Part shown: in pieces, positions 25,182 through 32,000 of the stretch
Position numbering within the stretch: the first letter of the stretch is position 1
How the letters are laid out: every line of letters begins with the position of its first letter
Source: Candidatus Saccharimonadota bacterium
Lineage (GTDB): Bacteria > Patescibacteriota > Microgenomatia > UBA1406 > GWC2-37-13
Direction: 5' to 3'
DNA length: 32,000 bases
NCBI GenBank assembly: GCA_016700135.1
Contig: CP065004.1
Span: 240,001-272,000 of the forward strand
Notes under the pieces: generated by a model
Told to the model about the DNA's origin: nothing
What the model saw: the letters and a program-made list of their open reading frames with translations, nothing else
The model's database searches: none
Made by a program: the position numbers and the translations under genes

Positions 25182-26099
25182 TCATAGCCAGTCATTCATC
25201 AAAAACATTATCACCAGGCCGAGTGAGATGAGAGCCGTGATGATCATTATGCCCAAGAAAGCCGAGGGTGACTGCTGATACGGCAGCTGGACATTCATCC
25301 CGTACACACTTGCAATGATTGTCGGAATTGTCAAAATGACGGTGATCGAGGTAAAGAAACGGATCACACGGTTTGTATTGTGAGTCATGATTGTGGAAGA
25401 AGCATCCCGTATGTTGACGATACTTCTCAGGTTCTCTTTTGAGAGCTGAATAAGTTGTTCATTATTCAGGAATAAATCCTCCAAAAGATCCCGGTCTTCT
25501 TCATATAGCTTCAGCATGTTGTGAGACATCAAACTGTTCAGAACGGCATTCGTACGGACAAGTGCCAGATGGAAATCATTCAATACCCGTTCGTACCTCA
25601 CAAAGAGTGCAATGTCTTTATTGCTGATCCTTTCAAGTTCATATGAACTGGTCCTCGTCTCGCGGCTGATACTGTGAAGGTATGAATTGTATGAAGTGTT
25701 GATCAGTGAAAAAAGTTGCAGAAACAGTTTCGTTTTTTGTGTAGTAAAAAATATATTTCTCGTCAAAAACATCTCCATCAAGGGGAATTTTTCCTTGGTG
25801 ACCGTCACGACATGAGATTCCTGAATGACAAATAAAATCGGCGACGTGGAGATCTGATCATTCCGTCTAAATGGGTACCGGCTGAAGATGTAGATCACTC
25901 CGTCCTCAATTTCCGTACGGGGGACCTCGTATTCATCGGTTGCATCTTTCAGAAGACTCTCGTCGAGTTTGTGTTTTTCAACAAGATACTTCAAATCTTC
26001 ATCGGTCGGAGCCTCGACATGGATCCATGAACCGATCCGGTATTTATCCAATTCCTGGATTTGCTTGTCACGCAGATTCCGGTAGTAAATACTAATCAT
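25182..26099 (-). CDS. corA: CorA-family magnesium transporter
   Basis: YGMN motif (VYGMNVQLPY) before the last TM span, and a C-terminal ...NDWL. Confidence 0.85.
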   Translation of the reverse strand: MISIYYRNLRDKQIQELDKYRIGSWIHVEAPTDEDLKYLVEKHKLDESLLKDATDEYEVPRTEIEDGVIYIFSRYPFRRNDQISTSPILFVIQESHVVTVTKEKFPLMEMFLTRNIFFTTQKTKLFLQLFSLINTSYNSYLHSISRETRTSSYELERISNKDIALFVRYERVLNDFHLALVRTNAVLNSLMSHNMLKLYEEDRDLLEDLFLNNEQLIQLSKENLRSIVNIRDASSTIMTHNTNRVIRFFTSITVILTIPTIIASVYGMNVQLPYQQSPSAFLGIMIITALISLGLVIMFLMNDWL

Positions 26100-26431
26100 A
26101 GTTTCGGTATAAACTCAAATTTGTGTTTACTTAAGTCTACTCTTTCTCCGATAAAAGTAATACCTTCTTTTTCAAGCCGTGTCCGATGTACTGAAGGTCC
26201 GCCCGCTCCGTAGTTCGGGGCCAAAGATCCGTCTTTCATTACCACGCGGTGACAGGGTACTTTCGGCCAGTCAGGATTACGGTGCAGGATCTGACCGATC
26301 GCACGATAGGATTTGGAGCCTACCGCATGGCCGATGTCACCGTATGTGGTGACGTATCCTGCCGGAACTTGCGAAACGAATTGATAGACTTTTTCTGTTA
26401 GGGTCATATGGTCTGCAAAAAGTCGAAGCAT
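26096..26431 (-). CDS. ogt: Methylated-DNA-protein-cysteine methyltransferase (C-terminal domain only)
   Basis: Active-site PCHRVV. A 4-nt overlap with the corA start. The start may instead be ATG 26407 (MTLTEK). Confidence 0.8.
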   Translation of the reverse strand: MLRLFADHMTLTEKVYQFVSQVPAGYVTTYGDIGHAVGSKSYRAIGQILHRNPDWPKVPCHRVVMKDGSLAPNYGAGGPSVHRTRLEKEGITFIGERVDLSKHKFEFIPKL

Positions 26432-26542
26432 ATGAATTGTGAAGTTTTTTCACGCTGCCGAAAGAGAGTACGTGATGACTACATTACACGTGCGGCTTGA
26501 AAAAGTTCAACAATTTATATGCGAGACTTTTATTTAATTGTT

Positions 26543-26935
26543 TTAGTAATTATCGGCAATCTCTTTTGCCAACGTTCCGATCTCTTCTTTTGTCATTTCT
26601 ACAACCGGCGTAAATTTGATGCCGTGTATTTCTCCGTGATGTTGAGGAAGAATATGAATATGAGCGTGTGGTACCGCCTCACCCATCGTGATAAAGCTAA
26701 TATAGTCGGATCCGACTGCCTGCTGTATCTTCATTCCGATCTTTTTGGCCGTTTGCCAATAGCCGGCGAAATCAGGAACATCATACACCCATCGGTAATG
26801 TTCTTTCGGGATGACCAGAACATGCCCTTTTACTCGGGGGAAAACGTCCATAAAAGCCAGATAGGATTCATCTTCATACACCTTGTAAGACGGTATCTCC
26901 CCCTGTACGATTTTGCAAAAAATACAGTCTTCCAT
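26543..26935 (-). CDS. HIT-family nucleotide hydrolase/transferase
   Basis: MEDCIFCKI N-terminus and the histidine triad HAHIHILP. On the minus strand, TTGTCA-17 nt-TATGAT lies upstream of ATG 26935. Confidence 0.85.
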   Translation of the reverse strand: MEDCIFCKIVQGEIPSYKVYEDESYLAFMDVFPRVKGHVLVIPKEHYRWVYDVPDFAGYWQTAKKIGMKIQQAVGSDYISFITMGEAVPHAHIHILPQHHGEIHGIKFTPVVEMTKEEIGTLAKEIADNY

Positions 26936-27037
26936 ATAAGTCCCCATCATACTATACTGGACATATATTGACAATCTCTATGAGATCTGTATGATAGTGT
27001 ATGAGCATCCTCATTATTAATTTATTCAATTACTTCT

Positions 27038-27940
27038 ATGAATATCAGAATCCCGGCCGATGTACCGGAATCAGCAAAAGAAGCATTCGCCAACAATTAT
27101 AAAACCATGACTCATGAGACGGGGCGTCTCATGCTTTTTGCTGGTGATCAGAAAATCGAACATCTCAATGATGATTTTTACGGAGAAGGTATTCCTCCTG
27201 AGGACAACAATCCTGAACATCTTTTCAAAATCGCCAGCCAGGCAAAAATCGGAGTATTTGCCGTACAACTCGGTCTTGCCGCCCGTTACGGTCATGATTA
27301 TCCCGATCTTCCATATCTCATCAAAGTAAACTCAAAAACGCATCTCGTTAAGACAAATCAATCAGATCCGATCAGCTCTGCTTTATATGATATTGAGCAA
27401 ATTGTCGAATTCAAGAAAAACAGCGGACTGAATATTCTCGGAATCGGATACACTATTTACCTCGGAAGCGATTATGAAGGCCAAATGCTGACCGAAGCAG
27501 CTCAGGCAATTTATGAAGCACATCAGCACGGACTTCTTTCTGTCATCTGGTGCTATCCGCGAGGGAAAGCGGTCCCCGATGAAACCGATCCGCATCTTAT
27601 TGCCGGTGCTGCAGGAACAGTCGGATGTCTCGGCGCTGACTTTGTCAAAGTCAATGCTCCGAAAAAAGACGGCAAATCTGATCCGGCATTGTTGAAAGAA
27701 GCAACTGTTGCAGCCGGACGCACACAGGTTGTCTGCGCAGGAGGATCATCAAAGGGCGCAGAAGATTTCCTCAAGCAGCTGCATGATCAGATTCATATCG
27801 GCGGTACATCAGGAAATGCAACGGGACGTAATATTCACCAGAAGCCTCTTGATGAAGCCGTCAGATTTACCAATGCCATCTACGCGATTACCGTCGAAGA
27901 TAAAAGCGTAGAAGAAGCCATGAAAATTTATAAAGGCTAA
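27038..27940 (+). CDS. Class I (DhnA/archaeal-type) fructose-bisphosphate aldolase family
   Basis: About 300 aa TIM-barrel-like sequence with GADFVKVN (candidate Schiff-base Lys context) and GGS..G near the C-terminus. It sits directly upstream of gap-pgk. Confidence 0.65.
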   Translation: MNIRIPADVPESAKEAFANNYKTMTHETGRLMLFAGDQKIEHLNDDFYGEGIPPEDNNPEHLFKIASQAKIGVFAVQLGLAARYGHDYPDLPYLIKVNSKTHLVKTNQSDPISSALYDIEQIVEFKKNSGLNILGIGYTIYLGSDYEGQMLTEAAQAIYEAHQHGLLSVIWCYPRGKAVPDETDPHLIAGAAGTVGCLGADFVKVNAPKKDGKSDPALLKEATVAAGRTQVVCAGGSSKGAEDFLKQLHDQIHIGGTSGNATGRNIHQKPLDEAVRFTNAIYAITVEDKSVEEAMKIYKG

Positions 27941-27966
27941 TCGCATTATTATTTTTTACCGTAATT

Positions 27967-28977
27967 ATGTCAAAGATAAAAGTCGGAATAAACGGGTTCG
28001 GACGAATCGGTCGGGCCTTCGCACGTATTGCCGCAATGCGCGATACATTTGAAGTTGTGCATATCAACACAAGAAAAACCCCTAATGAAATGCTTGCGTA
28101 TCTGCTGAAATATGACTCGGTATATCGGACATTTGACAAAACGGTAAAAGCAACAGATGACGGTATTGAAATTGACGGAAGAAAAATCACAACCTCACAG
28201 TCTCCTGATCCTTCAGAGATTCCGTGGGAAGCGGCAGGTGTCGAAGTAGTAGTTGATGCAACAGGCGCTTTCACAACAACCGAAAAACTGAAACCTCATC
28301 TGAGAGGAACCGTCAAAAAAGTCGTGTTGTCCGCACCGGCAAAAGATGATGAGACGTTTCATGTAGTGCTCGGGGTCAACGAAGTTGACCACTCAAAAGA
28401 AATTATTTCCAATGCTTCCTGTACTACCAATTGTGCAGCGCCTCTCTTTAAGGTTCTCCATGATTCATTCGGAGTTTTGAGAGCACATCTGACCACCGCC
28501 CATGCCTATACACAGTCACAAAGCCTCATGGATGATGCAGGAAAAAATGAAGAACGGTCACGGGCTGCAGCTCTCAATATCATCCCGTCTTCAACGGGAG
28601 CCGCAAAAGCAGTCGGAAGAGTCATTCCGGAATTGAAAGGAAAAATGGACGGCATAGCCCTTCGTGTACCTGTTCCGACAGGATCTTTTACCGATATCTC
28701 AGCGGTTCTTGAGAAAGAAACTACAGCGGATGAAATCAATGAGGTTTTCAGAAAAGCGTCAGAACAGGAGCTTAAAGGAATTTTGGGATACACTGAAGAT
28801 GTGATTGTTTCGTCAGACATCATCGGATCCACATTCTCATGTATTTTTGATCCTCACTATACAAAAGTCATTGACGGGACATTCGTCAAAATTTACGGCT
28901 GGTACGACAATGAGTGGGGTTACTCAACCAGACTGGTCGATCTGGTCGAAGCCGTTAGCAGTTCCATGCAATCATAA
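27967..28977 (+). CDS. gap: Glyceraldehyde-3-phosphate dehydrogenase
   Basis: INGFGRIGR and the active-site SNASCTTNC. Confidence 0.95.
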   Translation: MSKIKVGINGFGRIGRAFARIAAMRDTFEVVHINTRKTPNEMLAYLLKYDSVYRTFDKTVKATDDGIEIDGRKITTSQSPDPSEIPWEAAGVEVVVDATGAFTTTEKLKPHLRGTVKKVVLSAPAKDDETFHVVLGVNEVDHSKEIISNASCTTNCAAPLFKVLHDSFGVLRAHLTTAHAYTQSQSLMDDAGKNEERSRAAALNIIPSSTGAAKAVGRVIPELKGKMDGIALRVPVPTGSFTDISAVLEKETTADEINEVFRKASEQELKGILGYTEDVIVSSDIIGSTFSCIFDPHYTKVIDGTFVKIYGWYDNEWGYSTRLVDLVEAVSSSMQS

Positions 28978-29007
28978 TTCCCGGTACGTTTGTAGGGACA
29001 TATACTT

Positions 29008-30198
29008 ATGTCAGACATCCAATACATTGACGGCGTTGAAATCAAAGACAAACGAGTTCTGCTTCGAGTCGATTTCAATGTCAGTCTCAACCCGAATTAT
29101 CTGACCATTGCCGATGATGCACGTATCAGACAGGCTATCCCCACAATTCAGTATCTTCTGAAAAACGGGAACAAATTGATTCTCGTATCCCATCTCGGGC
29201 GTCCCAAAGGCAAACCCGATCCGAAATACTCGATGAAGATTGTCTGCAATCAGCTCCATGAGTATCTCCCGGACAATCACATTACACTCATCAATGATTT
29301 TATTACCGAGCCTTCTTCCACCTTTAAACATCAGCAGAAAGATGAACTTTTTGTACTGGAAAACAGCCGGTTTTATCCCGGAGAAAAAGAGAATGATCCT
29401 GAATTTGCAAAGAAAATGGCATCTCTTGCTGAAGTGTTTGTGAATGATGCATTCGGTGTCAGTCATCGGGAAGATGCCTCCGTTGTGGGAGTTACCAAAT
29501 TCCTCCCTTCATACGGCGGACTCCTTCTTAAGCGCGAGATTGAGATGCTTTCCAAAGCCTTGCACAAACCGGAAAAACCGTTTGTAGCCGCGATCGGGGG
29601 AGCAAAAATCGAGACAAAAATCAATGTTCTTGACCGCATGATGGAGCTTGCGGATCATCTTATCATTGGCGGTGCGCTCGCAAATACATTTCTTTTTGCG
29701 CAGGGCATCGATGTCGGGACAAGCCTTGTTGAAAAAGACAAAAAAGATCTTGCACAAAAACTTCTGTTTAAAGCGGCTCAAAACGATACATCTGTTATAC
29801 TACCTTCGGATTGTGTAGTCGGATTACCGGACGAACTGGAGATTGGAGGGATGGTATGCAAAGTGACTGAAGTGCCGAAAGACAAGCAAATTCTGGATAT
29901 CGGTCCCGAGACCAAAGCCAGAATCGGTACCATCATTGCGAAAGCAAAAACAATCGTCTGGAACGGACCGGTGGGATATTTTGAGAATATTCATTTCAGA
30001 CAGGGTACTGATTTCATGTACTATGCAATCACCAACAATCCTGATGCGGTATCAATAGTAGGCGGCGGGGATACCCTGACTGCCATTTCAAAAAAAGAAT
30101 ATCTCGACAAAATCACTCATATTTCAACCGGCGGCGGCGCGATGCTTGAGTTTATCGAAAAAGGAACACTGCCCGGGATTGAAGCCCTGAAAAAATAG
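29008..30198 (+). CDS. pgk: Phosphoglycerate kinase
   Basis: RVDFNV, SHLGRPKG, WNGPVGYFE and STGGGA motifs. Confidence 0.95.
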   Translation: MSDIQYIDGVEIKDKRVLLRVDFNVSLNPNYLTIADDARIRQAIPTIQYLLKNGNKLILVSHLGRPKGKPDPKYSMKIVCNQLHEYLPDNHITLINDFITEPSSTFKHQQKDELFVLENSRFYPGEKENDPEFAKKMASLAEVFVNDAFGVSHREDASVVGVTKFLPSYGGLLLKREIEMLSKALHKPEKPFVAAIGGAKIETKINVLDRMMELADHLIIGGALANTFLFAQGIDVGTSLVEKDKKDLAQKLLFKAAQNDTSVILPSDCVVGLPDELEIGGMVCKVTEVPKDKQILDIGPETKARIGTIIAKAKTIVWNGPVGYFENIHFRQGTDFMYYAITNNPDAVSIVGGGDTLTAISKKEYLDKITHISTGGGAMLEFIEKGTLPGIEALKK

Positions 30199-30289
30199 CT
30201 TGTAGGAAGTAGGCAGTAGGCCGTAAAAATGTACTCATTGCTACGGAATACAAGATCTCTACAAGCTACTACCTACCGCCTACAACCTA
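30196..30289 (+). promoter_or_regulatory. Long imperfect hairpin built from heptad repeats in the pgk-glpX spacer
   Basis: The left arm 30196-30225 pairs with the right arm 30260-30289 at 22 of 30 positions (helices of 3, 7, 5, 5 and 3 bp). TAG occurs at 30196, 30203, 30210 and 30217. CTA occurs at 30259, 30266, 30273, 30280 and 30287. Confidence 0.6.
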
Positions 30290-30297
30290 ACACAATT

Positions 30298-31236
30298 ATG
30301 GACAGAAATCTTGCACTGGAATTTGTACGAGTTACGGAAGCGGCAGCAATTGAAGCCGCACGATGGATCGGAAAAGGAGATAAAAAAAGTGCTGATGGTG
30401 CGGCAGTTGAAGCTATGAGATCACGGTTTCAGAATGTGGATTTTTCCGGAACCATTGTGATCGGAGAAGGAAAAAAAGATGAAGCCCCGGAGCTGTACGT
30501 CGGAGAGAAAGTCGGAACCGGCAAAGGTCCCGAGATGGATATCGCCGTTGATCCTCTTGAATGTACCGACAGTGTGGCCTACGGCCGGTACAATGCATTG
30601 ACTGTCATCGCAACGGGACCGAAAGGAAGCCTTCTGAGCGCTCCGGATACATACATGGATAAAATTGCTGTCGGACCGGCAGCAAAAGGAACGATACGCT
30701 TGGATGCCTCAGTCGAAGAAAATATCCGTAACGTTGCCGAAGCACTTGAAAAGGAAGTCGGAGAAGTAACCGTCTCAATGCTTGACCGTCCGCGGAATGA
30801 AGAAATCATGAACAAAGTGCGGGCAGCAGGAGCACGATTACGCCTGATCACCGACGGAGATCTTGCTGTTGCGATAGCAACCTGCATGGATGAAAGTCCG
30901 ATCGATATGCTCCTCGGGTCAGGAGGAAGCGCCGAGTCCGTTCTTGCCGCTTCAGCTCTGAAAATTCTCGGAGGGGAAATCCAGGTGAGACTAATGCCCC
31001 GGAATGATGCAGACCGTGAAGAAATGACTAAGATGGGTCTTGATGACAAAACGATTTACACAACGGAAGATCTGGCAAAAGGAGACAACCTGACTTTTAC
31101 AGCAACCGGTGTCATTGAAGGCCCGCTTCTACCCGGAATTGTCTTTAATCCTCACTCTATCATCACACATTCAGTCGTGATGAGAAGTGTCTCAAAGACA
31201 GTCAGATATCTGACAACGTATCACCACGAGGACTAA
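30298..31236 (+). CDS. glpX: Class II fructose-1,6-bisphosphatase
   Basis: MDRNLALEFVRVTEAAAIEAARWIGKGDKKSADGAAVEAMR is a typical GlpX N-terminus. I chose ATG 30298 because the longer ORF reads through the hairpin. Confidence 0.85.
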   Translation: MDRNLALEFVRVTEAAAIEAARWIGKGDKKSADGAAVEAMRSRFQNVDFSGTIVIGEGKKDEAPELYVGEKVGTGKGPEMDIAVDPLECTDSVAYGRYNALTVIATGPKGSLLSAPDTYMDKIAVGPAAKGTIRLDASVEENIRNVAEALEKEVGEVTVSMLDRPRNEEIMNKVRAAGARLRLITDGDLAVAIATCMDESPIDMLLGSGGSAESVLAASALKILGGEIQVRLMPRNDADREEMTKMGLDDKTIYTTEDLAKGDNLTFTATGVIEGPLLPGIVFNPHSIITHSVVMRSVSKTVRYLTTYHHED

Positions 31237-31237
31237 G

Positions 31238-31708
31238 TCAACTTTTCAACTCGGCAACGTCACGAAGAATTTCAGAAGCGTGCTCTGCCGGTTTGACTTT
31301 TTCGTATACTTTCCTGATCATCCCCTCAGGATCGATCAGATAACTGATACGAAGAACTCCTTCAAATGATTTCCCCATAAATTTCTTTTCTCCCCACGCT
31401 TCATACTCCTGTATCGTTTTCTTTGATTCATCTGAAAGCAGCAGAAAAGGAAGATCATACTTTCCGATAAATGCAGCGTGAGACCTGGGTGAATCTTTTG
31501 AGATCCCGACCACAGATATATGTTCCTTTTCGAAAACATTGTATGCGTCCCGGAATCCGCAGGCTTCTTTCGTACAGCCCGGAGTATCGTCTTTCGGATA
31601 AAAATACAGGACATACCAGCGGCCGCTGAATTCCTCATTTGTATGAATGGTGCCTTTCTCATCAGGCAAAGAAAACGCCGGAGCCTTTGTGTTAGTTGCA
31701 AGTGCCAT
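31238..31708 (-). CDS. bcp: Thiol peroxidase / peroxiredoxin Bcp
   Basis: FYPKDDTPGCTKEAC, the peroxidatic-Cys motif. Confidence 0.9.
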   Translation of the reverse strand: MALATNTKAPAFSLPDEKGTIHTNEEFSGRWYVLYFYPKDDTPGCTKEACGFRDAYNVFEKEHISVVGISKDSPRSHAAFIGKYDLPFLLLSDESKKTIQEYEAWGEKKFMGKSFEGVLRISYLIDPEGMIRKVYEKVKPAEHASEILRDVAELKS

Positions 31709-31846
31709 AATCGATATTTTGTAACTGATAACGATTTAGTATTAATTCTTACCGGGATTTTTTGAAATTTTTATCCCAGATTCATTCACCGCAAAGATAA
31801 CGGATACATCATTGTAATTCAATACTAACGAAAGGAGGTGAAAACT

Positions 31847-32000
31847 ATGAAAGATTATCAAGAATACACAAAAAGAAACGGAATGGATCCTATGATAGCG
31901 GGTGCATTTACGTTAGCAGGTCTTGCGATCGGGACGGCCGCAACTCTCTATCTTTCCAAAAAAGAAAACAGAGATAAAGCTCAGCAGAAAATTGCAGACT
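31847..32000 (+). CDS. YtxH-like small membrane-anchored protein, partial (runs off the window end)
   Basis: Strong RBS AAAGGAGGTG lies 7 nt before ATG 31847. The sequence MKDYQEYTKRNGMDPMIAGAFTLAGLAIGTAATLYLSKKENRDKAQQKIAD has an N-terminal TM span followed by a charged helix. Confidence 0.5.
   Translation, partial: MKDYQEYTKRNGMDPMIAGAFTLAGLAIGTAATLYLSKKENRDKAQQKIAD

Noticed and set aside
30196-30225. TRAP-like (G/U)AG repeat site.
   Set aside because: TRAP sites use 2-3 nt spacers and about 9-11 repeats. Here the spacers are exactly 4 nt and there are 4 repeats. Only the HutP-type spacing matches formally, and no such protein is seen in the window.
30229-30297. N-terminal extension of glpX (MYSLLRNTRSLQATTYRLQPNTI).
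   Set aside because: It reads through the heptad-repeat hairpin. The conserved GlpX N-terminus begins at MDRNLALEF (30298).
1-32000. CRISPR arrays, rRNA genes, IS elements and long tandem repeats.
   Set aside because: Reading the intergenic regions showed no regularly spaced repeat-spacer structure, no rRNA-like segments and no transposase-like ORFs.

Overview
Gene-dense bacterial chromosome segment, roughly 40-45% GC by eye. Many genes abut or overlap and almost no intrinsic terminators are visible. I cannot assign a taxon from the sequence alone.

Most of the window is housekeeping:
- era, tRNA-His, proB, gltX, trmD, yidD, msrB/msrA, clpB, corA, ogt and a HIT protein.
- A glycolysis/gluconeogenesis block: class I aldolase, gap, pgk, glpX.
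- bcp, a GldA/F/G-like ABC export operon, a PAS-GAF-PAS histidine kinase, and a lipid kinase plus dual-specificity phosphatase pair.

The parts not explained by ordinary annotation are:
1. A T-box leader with a reduced Stem I. Its terminator also buries the SD of a stand-alone glutamate-5-kinase gene.
2. A small accessory islet around tRNA-Gln (about 2.4-4.7 kb). A mini GIY-YIG gene there is bracketed by the intact tRNA and by a duplicated, disrupted copy of the tRNA 5' end. A neighbouring AT-rich gene is flanked by 35-bp direct repeats.
3. A long hairpin between pgk and glpX, built from exact heptad repeats: UAG-N4 four times opposite CUA-N4 five times.
4. A recurrent TAnnnT-N6/7-ATG arrangement at 9 or more genes, implying widespread leaderless mRNAs.
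5. A 789-aa Tat-signal protein of unknown function with an internal duplicated motif.
6. An msrB / membrane-anchored CxxC beta-propeller / msrA operon.
7. A ClpB that natively lacks the N-domain, behind a CIRCE-like operator.

No CRISPR array, rRNA, transposase or integrase was seen. All family names come from my own motif recognition, not from database searches.
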